DNA from: Ginkgo biloba
Lineage: Eukaryota > Plantae > Ginkgophyta
DNA: 15,289 nucleotides
Reading direction: 5' to 3'
Assembly: GCA_024626585.2 (NCBI GenBank)
Contig: JANKJI020000002.1
Span: forward strand, 125,450,413-125,465,701
The notes under the pieces were generated by a model, which was not told the origin of the DNA, made no database searches, and was given only the letters and a program-made list of their open reading frames with translations. This document shows positions 1-10,242 of the stretch, piece after piece. Position 1 is the first letter of the stretch. The number at the start of each line of letters is the position of its first letter. Position numbers and translations under genes: made by a program.

Positions 1-230
1 CTTGCAGTTGAAGATGGTTGTTATGTTACCCCTAGTTAGATTGTAGTCAAGTTGCCCCTTCCGTCATAGGGAGGAAGCTAGTAATTATGAATGGTAGCAG
101 TTTGATTTTTATTTTTTCAAATTTATGTCTTTTTCATATCATCTTCAAGTTTTTATGGATTTTTGGTTTTATATTACCACTACCACAAAATGTTTATGGT
201 ACAATCACCTTGCAAGGAGCCAACTCAAAC

Positions 231-1822
231 TCAATGGAGCTTGATATAGCTTCCACATACCAAGTTGGGTAAATATTTACCATCAAGTTGGCATAAACAA
301 ACAAATCCATTCTCATTTAAAATTTGAATAATGTATGGTCCAATACATTACATTTCAACTTCCCGAGCTTGGTATAGAACTTGTTGCATAACAACACTTT
401 ACCAACTTCTTTAAATGTTGTTGTTTGATATGGTGGTTGTGCCATGCCTTCTACCATCACTTTTTGGCTTTTAACATCCAAAGCACAAGGGCACATATCT
501 AGCTAGTAAAATACTTGAAACATTGATTCTTTGTTTCCCAAACGACTCTCCAGTGCAACACACGAAAAATTGGAATGATTCCTCTCAATAAGTTCACAAA
601 CTGGAATGAGATTTCTCCCATAACTCATTTTTGCATTGTTTGAGATGCCCACAACAATGAATGTATTTTTTCCCCAATCAACACAACCAACATAACAAAT
701 CCTTATGAGGGTAGTCTCCAAAATCTTATTTGAATTTTGTGCCTACCTATTATACTGTGGATAAAGAGGGTGTGGACTTGCAATGAGTGATGATAAACTC
801 TTTTGTAATTTCTTTCACTAATCTAATGATACACCCTCCACCAAGATCAATGGTCAAATAGAATGGGCACCCGAATCATGTAATCACCATCTTGTATAGA
901 GGGTGTGTTGTAGTCCTAGCATCTTCTTATGGCACAAGACGAGCCTTGCACCATTTTATAACAAACTCAGTTGTGACCAAGATAGGGTGGGCTCACATTC
1001 ATCTTACAAGAGGANNNNNNNNNNNNNNNNNNNNNNNNNNNNNNNNNNNNNNNNNNNGGCAGGGATTGGTGGATGCAATAACGACATTTGCTGGCCAAAT
1101 TTCATTAACCTCTGGCATACATTGCACTTCTTTGCCCACTACTTTGCATTGTCAAGTAGGGTAGGCCACCATAACTTGCTAGTAAGATTTTTCTATCTAT
1201 TGCACACATAGCAACATGCTCTCCAGCAAGTCATTCATGGGCTCGCCATACAATTCTGAATACTTCATGGGGTAAAACACATCACTGTAAGATGTGATCA
1301 AATTACTATATGTTATCCCCCACAAGTTGGCAAGGTAACAGTCTCCAAGCAAAACTCTTCCTCTCAATCATACCAAATCAGATGGCATGTGCCCAATTGA
1401 TACATATTCAGCTAGACCCACATACAATTATGGAATGATTTCCACTTGAAATAGACCAACATCAAGAAGATCAATGATAACACTAGTTGTTGCTTCTCGC
1501 CCCTCGTTACATGATAGTTGGTTAGGGACAACATATGGTTGCACAGTTTTACAATAATTTTAAACATAAACTATTGAAATAGTAAAATCCAACAACTAAC
1601 TCATCCCCATAGTAATGGCTTGTTGATGAGGTACATCAACACTTACTGGACAATGTAATAGTGGTATGGATTTGACAATAGATAATGTTAAAACTTGTGT
1701 AGGGCATAAACCATTCCTAGTCTTCCCTTTCACTCACAATGTAGTTTTACTTAAGTAAGTTTCTAACTTGCAAAACGAATATGATGATCGATATTATCAT
1801 CCTTGGGTTGAGCAAGGATGCA
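231..1822 (-). mobile_element. Decayed Ty3/gypsy pol fragment (RNase H - integrase - GPY/F), copy B
   Basis: Minus-strand translation with stops and frameshifts. RNase H: CILAQPKDDNIDHHIRFAS...GMVYALHKF*HYLL...LMYLINKPLL. Integrase zinc finger: AHE*LAGEH...LWWPTLLDNAK*WAKKCNVCQR. Core: ILVTTEFVIKWCKAR...IT*FGCPFYLTID...HCKSTP. C-terminus: KAWHNHHIK...GPYIIQILNENG...LDGKYLPNLVCGSYIKLH* (stop at 231-233). RH before INT is the gypsy order. Bounded on the right by a 100-N gap. Confidence 0.9.
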
Positions 1823-1922
1823 NNNNNNNNNNNNNNNNNNNNNNNNNNNNNNNNNNNNNNNNNNNNNNNNNNNNNNNNNNNNNNNNNNNNNNNNNNNNNN
1901 NNNNNNNNNNNNNNNNNNNNNN
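1823..1922. other. Assembly gap of unknown size (100 N); likewise 10947-11046 and 12651-12750
   Basis: Three runs of exactly 100 N, each separating non-contiguous TE fragments. Shorter N runs at 1015-1057, 4172-4191, 6473-6488 and 11935-11993. Confidence 0.85.
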
Positions 1923-2580
1923 CACTACATCACATCTTCAAACGTGGTCAACCACCATAATCTTGCATGTAAGATCTTCAATGTTGTTGCATCACTGCCA
2001 ACATGCCAGCTAGTAGGTCCTTCATGGGCCTGCCATATAACTTCTGAGATCTTGTGAGGCACAACACACTTGTTATAAGATGTGGTTAGGTCCTAAATGG
2101 TATAAAGTGCCCTTGATGAGTTGATAAGGCAATGCTTTATGGGAGAGACCCTTAGTCTCTATCTTTTCTTGGTGGCATCCTGCTTATTGATGGGTATTTT
2201 TCGATAGTAACATACCACTTTGGGAACAATCTCTACTCTAAATAGAATGACATCGGGAAAGTCATCTGCGACATTGGTATATGCATCCCCTGTCTTAGTG
2301 TGTGATAAGTAGTTGGGAATGATGTGTTCTTTGTCTGGTTTCAAAATTCTCGAAATAACAACATACAATGATGCACTCGTCCTTGCAATAATTGTTTGTT
2401 TATTAGGTACATCAATGCTTAAACCATTGTAAGTCCTTTCTTCTCAATGATGGTATAATAATGCTCATGTGAGGTAAGCCTTCAACTTTTGAAGTGGATG
2501 GGGTGATTGATGCTTCTATGCCCGGGTTGAGCAAGGATGCAACCAATAGCAAACAATCAGACATCCATGTGGATGGAACA
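1923..2580 (-). pseudogene. RNase H and integrase zinc-binding start of copy A
   Basis: IHMDV*LFAIGCILAQPGHRSINHPIHFKS*RLTSHEHYYTIIEKKGLTMV*ALMYLINKQLLQGR, then KPDKEHIIPNYLSH...DDFPDVILFRV, then AHEGPTSWHVGSDATTLKILHARLWWLTTFEDV. Confidence 0.88.
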
Positions 2581-2589
2581 ACTTGTTCC

Positions 2590-3530
2590 AATTAGAAATC
2601 CTAGGATAGGTGTATGGACAACATTTTTCTTATGTTCCTCAAATGCATTATGTTACTTCTTGGTCCAAGTCCATTCAACACCCTTGTTAAGTAACACTTC
2701 TATGGGGGCAGATAGAATCATATAATCCTTGATAAAATTTGAATAGAAATCAATTAGTCCTAAAAACCCTTTCAACTACTTGGCATTTTTTGAAAGTGGG
2801 TAGCCTACAAGTAGAGTTTCCCTTATCGAGTAGCTTAGGTGACCCTCCTTGGTCATATTGTGTTATAACAGGTTTCCAAATGGTACCAAAAATTAAGAGT
2901 GTCTCTAGATTAAAGATCAATTTATTTTTACAACATATCTCCACTATAGTCAAGATGATTTTGTTGCACTCTACAATATCCAATCGCCAACGAACACCTC
3001 ATCTTATTTTCCAATATCTTTGAAAATATTTAATACAATACATTGGAAAGCTATTGGTGTATTGTTCAAAATCAAATGGTGTGACTCAATAAGCATATGT
3101 CCTCCATTTTGTGGTGAATATGATCTTACTAGTCTTTTGGGACAATGATTACTTGATTATATCTACGGAATCCATATGTGAAGGAATTAATCTTATGCCC
3201 TGTGACTTTTTCCAATCCATCTTTGATAAATGGAATGGAGAATAGATCCCTCTTTGTGACCTTGTTCAATTGGCACTAATCCACATAGATTCAGATTTTC
3301 TTGTTTTTCTTTTTGGCGATTACAATCAAGCTCACCCATTTTCCATTATCAATTTCCAACATTTGGTCAATTTTCGCTTTACTTGTTCTTTCAAATTGCA
3401 TATGTAGGGCCGTTGTCACACTAATTTCATGCACTCTAATATTTTAACGCAATGTTGACCAATCTCTAGAGGTATACCCTTCAGATCTTTTAAAGACCAA
3501 GAGAATACATCTGTATATTCCTAAAAGTTG
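2590..3530 (-). pseudogene. Reverse transcriptase of copy A
   Basis: EYTDVFSWSLKDLKGIPLEIGQH...WVSLIVIAKKK...YVD*CQLNKVTKRDLFSIPFI...SFTYGFRRYNQV...FTTKWRTYAY*VTPF...LNNTPIAFQ...EVFVGDW (the catalytic xxDD motif is mutated; 2980-3000)...WTWTKK*HNAFEEHKK...PIL. Confidence 0.93.
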
Positions 3531-4248
3531 GTTGTGGTCCATGTTATCATGCCCATGTCATAGTTATCCATCATGGTAATATGTTTGGGGTCTTGTTGTG
3601 GATTATTGTGGATTGTATCTTGAGTGTCTAATTGTGGATTATTGTGTCTTCATCGTTTAGGGAGTCTCCAAATATCTCGTTCATTATTCATCTTTGTAGT
3701 TCAACTTTGAGTACTTAGGTATGAGTTGATTTTTTTTTCAACGTATGTTCTTTTGGAACATCTTTGTTCTCTTGCTTAGATTTTGATCGTTAACCATTTT
3801 TTGCAATATTACTAGTGAAAGTAAATGAGCATAGGCTAAAGCAGGTTTCATAATCTTTTTTCCATGATTCGATAAGTGTATGATCTTATGCAACATCATA
3901 ATTACAATTGGCATTTCAACTTATAATAAAATTTGGAGATAAATTGTTTTCCCCACACACTCCAACAAAAAATATGTTGCTTCTTGCAATAGATTTACCA
4001 CTCTAACTGATGTCGAGATAACGACGTAGGGAACAACTATATCCCCAACTTTAGGGATACACCATATTTCTTACAAGCCTTCATATGGTCTTCAAGTGTG
4101 ACTTGTATGTCGTAGCACGGTAAAGTGGGACCCAAACAACCAAGAAAAAAAAAAATTCTAAGGATAAAATTNNNNNNNNNNNNNNNNNNNNTTCATCCCA
4201 ATTTTGGTGTAGGAAATACCAACCTAGCTCTTAGGCTTGTACAGCAAA

Positions 4249-4409
4249 TAGACATTGAATACACCATGAAGCCTTCCATTTGGATTTCTCATCTTTCCAT
4301 TTGTTGACATAATTATGGATTAGACTCGTAGAGTGAGTAGAAATTGAATATGCCATAAAGCATTCCATTTGGATCTCTCATCTTTCCATCTATTGACACA
4401 ATTAAGGAT
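4249..4409. repeat. Two diverged 72-bp direct repeats (period 89 bp) in the PR-RT spacer
   Basis: 4249-4320 (tagacattgaatacaccatgaagccttccatttggatttctcatctttccatttgttgacataattatggat) vs 4338-4409 (tagaaattgaatatgccataaagcattccatttggatctctcatctttccatctattgacacaattaaggat). Confidence 0.9.
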
Positions 4410-4934
4410 GTGGGTAGCTCCATTCTAACATTCTGAGTCAAATGTGATGGATGTTGGTGGGATGGTGACCACTTCTACCTCAATAGTATTGTCTTCCTCT
4501 AGCAACAATTTACTGCTTGTACTGTCAATTATCTCCCCATCATCGTACTATGAGAAATCATCCTTTCTAGCTTTCATGGATGGATCATGGAACAACGTTG
4601 CAATTGTAGTTTTTGGATATATTATAACATGGATAATGGTTGACTTTGTATGCTCCTTACAACTAATGTATCATGAAGAAGATGGAATGTCCTCCATCAA
4701 AATTGTTGTCCATCTCACCTCATACATTAGACTCAAAAGGATCATCCTTGGTGTCGTTGCTTAGTTTTACAACGCAATGATAAGCAACTTCTAAAGCAAA
4801 ACAAACAGTGAACTCCGTGAATATGATAATGCTTAAAGCTTCATCCCTAGTTTTCATGATTGTCAAATCATTAGATGACATAGGACTTACGTATCCATTT
4901 TAACGTAATGGCCTATGGGAAGGTATAATGACAT

Positions 4935-5200
4935 CAATCCTACAAAGTCTTAGTGTTGTGTAACCAATCACACCCTAGGAAAGTGAGGTATGACTTACGT
5001 CCTACAAACATCTTCAACGTGATAAATTCTTTGAGCACGACTACAACAATTATAGCGAGAGCATTATTCATAATCGTTGAACATGCAATTGATCCACAAT
5101 GGTTATAGTGTAGTCAATCGCCAACATCTTTGCGCTACAGATGGCCTTCCAAGTGCTCTCTAAAAGAACCTTCACTACAATCCTGAGATCAATAATTGCT
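4935..5200 (-). pseudogene. Retropepsin-like aspartic protease of copy A
   Basis: AIIDLRIVVKVLLESTWKAI...YTITIVDQLHVQRL*IM...YLTFLGCDWLH resembles the IIDxGSxVNV...ADQ...PLG...LLGRPWL pattern. It lies between gag and RT. Confidence 0.75.
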
Positions 5201-5867
5201 TAAGCCATTGTATATCCTAGCAGCTACATTGAGATGTGATAACCGTGATTCATTTTGGAATATACTCATTGAATTGGCAGTGTAGTTAATGCTTGAATGA
5301 GCCAAAGCACATGTTGAAATTGACCCGATTCCCACCACTGAAAAACTATTGTCAGAGGAAATCTTAAGATTTTTTTCAACTACTAGTTGTTTTAAAATCT
5401 CTAACTTTTGTTTGTCGGTTACTATTTCAGGTTGGCATAGCTTCAGGAGGATATGTAGTGATAACTTTAACTTTTAAAATCGAGGTTGGCATAACCTCGA
5501 GCGATATTGGAGTCAAATTGGTCTCTACTACAAGTGTCTCCTTTGGTTGATTTTTCTTCGAACATGTGTTTTGGTAATACTTTGCTTACTTCACATTTTC
5601 TCAACATGGAGTTTCTCTAGTTCTTTTCCCAGTCACCTTGCTTCTTCACACTTTTCTTTAGTTGCTTTTTCAACAACCTCTAATGCTTCTTTAGCAAGGA
5701 AGAAAGTGATCCTTCTCCTTTTGAAGATTAAGAATGTCTTTGTTGTTGTAGTAGTTGCAATTGTCTTCTTTCCATTTCTTGTACAAACATTGATGGTCAT
5801 AAGATTTGGTAGCCTAAAGCTTTGCTTCTGTGGTTTTACTAAAAAGGTTGACACCCTTGTTCCATTT

Positions 5868-5960
5868 TGGGCAATTATACCTACTAAGATTGCCTAATCC
5901 ACAATCTTTGTAGGGACAATCTTGCAAATAATAACCCCACTCCAAGCCTTTCAAATAGCA
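5868..5960 (-). pseudogene. Degenerate Gag zinc knuckles (one to two CCHC remnants)
   Basis: CYLKGLEWGYYLQDCPYKDCGLGNLSRYNCP has G-[H]-x3-D/N-C-P endings twice, with the His residues lost. The position fits nucleocapsid. Confidence 0.5.
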
Positions 5961-6569
5961 AACATAAAATGCTTGATTTGTCTAGTTGCGATTAGCACCT
6001 TGATAATTTGCATGACAAATAGAGTTGTCATGGTAAACTCGTGTTGTCCTTGGCTTCCTCCATGTTCGTTCTATCAATTATATAAAATCGAATAACAATC
6101 TTGTGTGTCATGAGTATCAACTCCACAGATGGCACGCCATATTTTTTCTTGAGTTGGTTGTTTGACTTGCTTGTTGCGAGTATGCCCCATCTAGTTATCC
6201 TTAGTGCACTAGACATCCAATCATGGTTTTTCCTTCTCAAATTTCAATTGAACAATTCCAATTCGTAATTTCTCGATCTAATTATTTATGAAGTTGGAGT
6301 TTTCGTCTACTTATGCAACATTTCTTGTTGGACGATGAATATAACCTAGAGGTTAATTGTTGTAATCCTAGTCGTATGAGTGGTAAGTAGGTTGGTTGAC
6401 ACACATTTGCTTATCAAAGGCCATGGCGAGGTGCCTCAACTACTCCTAACTTTCCATCGGGTATTAGCGATTNNNNNNNNNNNNNNNNGTTGATATGGAA
6501 GCAATAGTTCACCTATAAAACGATTGAGTGTATGGATGGGTGTGACAATATTACATCTATCTCATTTGA

Positions 6570-6835
6570 CCACATCATAGTTGGCTTCACCATGCCAATG
6601 TTGAATCTCTCTCAATGCTTTAATGATGGAGGTCAAATCTCATAAGGTTTGGAAACATACTAGAAATAGCTCTTAGGTTACTACCCACATTTGATGGCCA
6701 ATGCATTGAAACCTAGACAAAGCAACACCACAAAGAGTGTGAAAGAACTACCTCTTAAAGGTTGTTATTAAGGAATGGCACCAAATGGTTGGAAGGGTCA
6801 TTGTGCATGCCATAGGTCAAGTGGGACAGAGTTGT
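6570..6835 (-). pseudogene. Gag capsid (Retrotrans_gag-like) of copy A
   Basis: TLSHLTYGMHNDPSNHL (DPxxHL motif). After a frame change: KR*FFHTLCGVALSRFQ...ELFLVCFQTL*DLTSIIKALREIQHWHGE, matching FPxTLxGxAxxWF...F...F...L..I.Q..GE. Confidence 0.72.
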
Positions 6836-6884
6836 CTATTTGGCCATAATTAGCAGAGTTCCACCTCCCCTAATCTAACTATAC

Positions 6885-7290
6885 CCCTAATTAAGGCCGC
6901 AGTTACCATTACTAGCATTGTGACTTGCATTATTGTCGTTACCACTATAATTGGGGTTACTATTGTTATTGCTATTATATTTGTCATTATTACCAACACA
7001 ATTATTGTTATTATTACCAAAGGGATTGTTATGATTGTCAAAGTTGTTATTGTTGTTGTTGTTGTTAAAGATGTTGTAGTTATAATTGCCAAGGTTGTTA
7101 GTGTTAAATCCATTATTCTCATCAATAGAGGAGTTGTTACAACTAAAGACATTATGGTGAGTACCCTAGTTGTTGTTACCACTAAAAACATTCTAGTAAC
7201 CTCCCTAGTTGTTGTTATTGCCACTTAAATAACTAACAAAATTATTGATGTTATTCTCCCCATTAAAGGTGTTGTTCTCATTCACTGGCA
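6885..7290 (-). repeat. AAC/AAT-rich low-complexity tract encoding an Asn/Gly-rich Gag segment
   Basis: The minus frame reads NENNTFNGENNINNFVSYLSGNNNN*GGY*NVFSGNNN*GTHHNVFSCNNSSIDENNGFNTNNLGNYNYNIFNNNNNNNNFDNHNNPFGNNNNNCVGNNDKYNSNNNSNPNYSGNDNNASHNASNGN. This is the same frame as the downstream DPSNHL motif. Confidence 0.85.
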
Positions 7291-8075
7291 AGTTAGGATA
7301 AGGCCCTAAAGATATGTAGGACCCATTACCCACCATTTGGCAATATAGGGGGTTCATCCTCATGATGTATGGCATTTGCAATTCTTGTGTGACACCTATT
7401 GATTCCTAGCTTGTGATTGGTGACCATGTTAAGTCCGGAATATCAGTGATCTCTTCTATCACCACACTTGAATTGTTTTTAGGTCTCAAGGTCGCATATA
7501 ATGTTTTTACTATATTCATATCGATCTCAAAAAACAGGAGCCTTTGTATGCCTTCCAGATGAAGTATGGGCTTCACTAGGTCTCTTCGATAGCAATTAGT
7601 TCAAATCTCACCGTTACATCTATTTTATTCAAGATGAGTCATTCTATCCTCAACTAGATTTAGGTTCAAAGTTTCACATGTTTTGGTGTAAATACAAGCA
7701 TTGTTACAGTTGTTTGCTCCCATAGGGGTGTATCTCTATTTTCCCCAAAGCCTTGACACTTTTTCTCTTGCCTCCTTTATGAGACATTTTTTCGGTGGCT
7801 AACCTTGGCATAAGGTTGCCTTTTTCTGGCTATGTTCCATTGCATTGTTCAACAGTTATGATGTACTCCTCTTGGCTCTTTTGTCACAACTAGTTGACCT
7901 CTTAACATGGCATCGAAAGACCCCATATCTAGGGTAGGTTTGGTTATGACCCATGTTGTTGTCCATAGCCAAGGTCTTCGAGATTTGATGCATATACTCA
8001 AAAATTGCCTCTCGCCTAACTGGTTCACAGCTTGATTCCCTGTCAAATGCAGGCTTGCTCCATCGAGTGAGCGTT

Positions 8076-8093
8076 ATCCTAGAAATCGAACCA
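8076..8093 (-). promoter_or_regulatory. Degenerate primer-binding site of copy A
   Basis: The minus strand reads ...CAACA-TT-TGGTTCGATTTCTAGGAT: LTR end CA, a 2-nt spacer, then TGG. The same junction (accaaatgttgactaa on +) is present in copy C. tRNA identity is uncertain (possibly Asp). Confidence 0.65.
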
Positions 8094-8095
8094 AA

Positions 8096-8995
8096 TGTTG
8101 ACTAAAAGCAGGTACTCCTCATTAGATCCACATTAGCAACGGGTTAACACTTAAAAATTATGTATACATATCAATATTCACACATATATGTAGTTAAATA
8201 ATCACAATGCCACGATGTTACACATGTTATGAGGTACAATCTCATTTATTACATGCTGTAATGATGAAGCATAGTACAAAAAGTCTCTCAAACTTGATGC
8301 CTTATGCTTCTACTCAGCTCTCACATTTGGCTCACAAATTTGAACTTCTATTAACTTATTCTCTCAAGTCAAATGACATGAAATTTCCAACGAAGTGGCA
8401 CAACATCCTGAACAACCTTTCATTAAATCCCTAATTGATACTCAGTAATGGAGCCTTTATTACACCAGGAATTTTGCCCTAATAATTTGATTCTGCCATG
8501 CCATTGCTAACATCGCCCTCATACTCGTGATGCCAGCCCTCTTCAATGCAATGTTGCTTTGCATTAAATGTGATCTTTTTGCTGACATCATCTTCTCATA
8601 ACTGCAATTCACTGATTGATTACACTTGGTATGCTGACACATATGCCTTTATTGCTCCCATTTAACGTTATCTGATTTGCATTCAATGCAGTGTACATTT
8701 ACTGCCTGCTGTGTTTCACTGCTGGCATCATTCGCACATAAATACACTTTGATTGCCTTCTGCAGTACAACACTAAATGCGGTATGGCTTCTGCTGATGT
8801 CACTGCATCTTGCTGACATCAGACTCCAGAGATACTGGAATCTTGTCAGAATCTTCCAGTTTCTAACGTACTGCTGGAATATCCTTTGAGTCGTCCATTT
8901 CTGATAGAATCCACTCGGAATATCTGTTATGTGGCTGGAATCTGACATCCAATCAGCAGTTGCTACGTGCACAAATATATTGCTAAAAGACAACA
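8096..8995 (-). repeat. 5' LTR of copy A (~900 bp)
   Basis: Starts TGTTG at 8096, next to the PBS. Homologous to 11648-12435. Homology ends at ~8984, followed by CAACA at 8991-8995, a perfect inverted match to TGTTG. An alternative outer end at TAACA (9119) cannot be excluded. Confidence 0.7.
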
Positions 8996-9400
8996 TCCAA
9001 ACCACTTTAATGATGCAGACAACTTATTCAGCCACCAGCTTTAAAGAAGCCCTCACTAACCTTCAGAAGCAATGCAGCTGCTAAGTTGACATGGTCGAGT
9101 TTTGTCTGCTTACATAACATGGAGACAGTGGCAGCTTATAAGATCTTTAGAGTGGTCATTCTAGATGCTCACAACATTCACGGAAACATATATATAGATT
9201 ACAGAACCTTAACACGTCCCAATCAAGTTATGTAAATCATTTATGTTATCAAGAACAAAAATCTGAAAGGACATTAGAGCATTTTGATGGTCTAAACTGC
9301 CATGCTTTTATTTTGTCCGCAGAGATTATAAAGGAATTAACTTTGACCCTTCAACATAACTCTTCATATAGATCAAATAAATAGGAAAATAAAAACTAAC

Positions 9401-9502
9401 CTGGTTCCAGACATATTTGCTTCTGTCATCTGTTGAAGCCACACCCCTTCTATACAATTCTGCTGTTGCTTCAGCCTCCATGACCAATGTTTCCCCACTT
9501 AA
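9401..9502 (-). CDS. ALATS: Internal exon of alanine--tRNA ligase (cytosolic/mitochondrial-type AlaRS)
   Basis: 34 codons LSGETLVMEAEATAELYRRGVASTDDRSKYVWNQ align without gaps to the plant AlaRS segment I recall as [34 protein letters not shown]. Acceptor ...attaacatcaacctgttgcgaatcttgcttcaacAG|TTA. Donor CAG|GTtagt followed by a T-rich intron. No stops; phase 0 at both ends. Confidence 0.88.
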
Positions 9503-10242
9503 CTGTTGAAGCAAGATTCGCAACAGGTTGATGTTAATGTAAAATACAGGCAAAAATGTCTAATGCTTAACCGTACCAATGAAATAAATTAGTTGTGTGC
9601 ATATACACACGGAAAAGGCCCAAGAACTTAAAAGCTTGGGATAAATACATTTTGTTCCAAATTCACAATAATTTCAGTGTGCCTAAAGGGAAAACAACAG
9701 AATGTCAAAGATATGAGAATTTTCTGTCTAAGATTTTTATTACCACTTGGACCTTGACAGAACTCGAAGCAGTGAGACTAACTCCACTGTACTGATTTAT
9801 AGGTTGCTTTGCAGAATGATTTTGTTGGAGTCTATCATGTTGCTGAAGGCCGATACTTTATAAATTATAAATGTTCATGAATTTTTCCATGCTATCAAGG
9901 TTCAACAAATGCAACATCTGGTTTTGAAAGTAAAAATGAATAAAGCACATTGGATGCTAAATCACCATGTTGCTGCAAAAGCACCAATTGGTCTACGCTC
10001 CAACCTTACAACCATAGCTGACAATGGTGAGGATGATGCTTCTATTGCACAAGGGACAAGTCCTTTCACACCAAGATGCGTAACATAGGAATGCCAATTG
10101 CCCTAATTTGTGTGTCCCAGTGACTGATGCTCTGTACATTGATGTACACTCCTCCTCAGGATAAGAGTATCTAAGAAAGTAAGAATGACAGTTCAATTGC
10201 AAAAAGATCTTTGCTCAAAATCAAAGAGGTACAGGGCAGCAA

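Larger units (their letters stand above)
1923..8995 (-). mobile_element. Decayed non-chromoviral Ty3/gypsy LTR retrotransposon, copy A (5' LTR-PBS-gag-PR-RT-RH-INT N-terminus)
   Basis: All domains are recognisable in canonical gypsy order on the minus strand (see sub-features). There are many TAG/TAA/TGA stops and frameshifts. The 3' part is cut by the 100-N gap at 1823-1922. Exact lineage (Athila/Tat/Phygy-Selgy neighbourhood) is not resolved. Confidence 0.92.

Noticed and set aside
4249-4409. CRISPR-like repeat-spacer unit
   Set aside because: Only two diverged 72-bp copies inside a eukaryotic retroelement, with no cas genes.
6850-7228. ORFs 6850..7224 (-) and 6920..7228 (+), Thr/Ile/Val-rich and membrane-like
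   Set aside because: Shadow frames of the AAC/AAT repeat. The frame continuous with gag is the Asn-rich one.
9130-9165. Possible next AlaRS exon (minus strand ...ag|AATGACCACTCT, NDHSKDL)
   Set aside because: Similarity stops after DH; the expected KAIY...GxxF sequence is absent.
9326-9553. 75-aa single-exon ORF
   Set aside because: Only 9401-9502 is AlaRS-like. The flanks are intron read-through past canonical splice sites.
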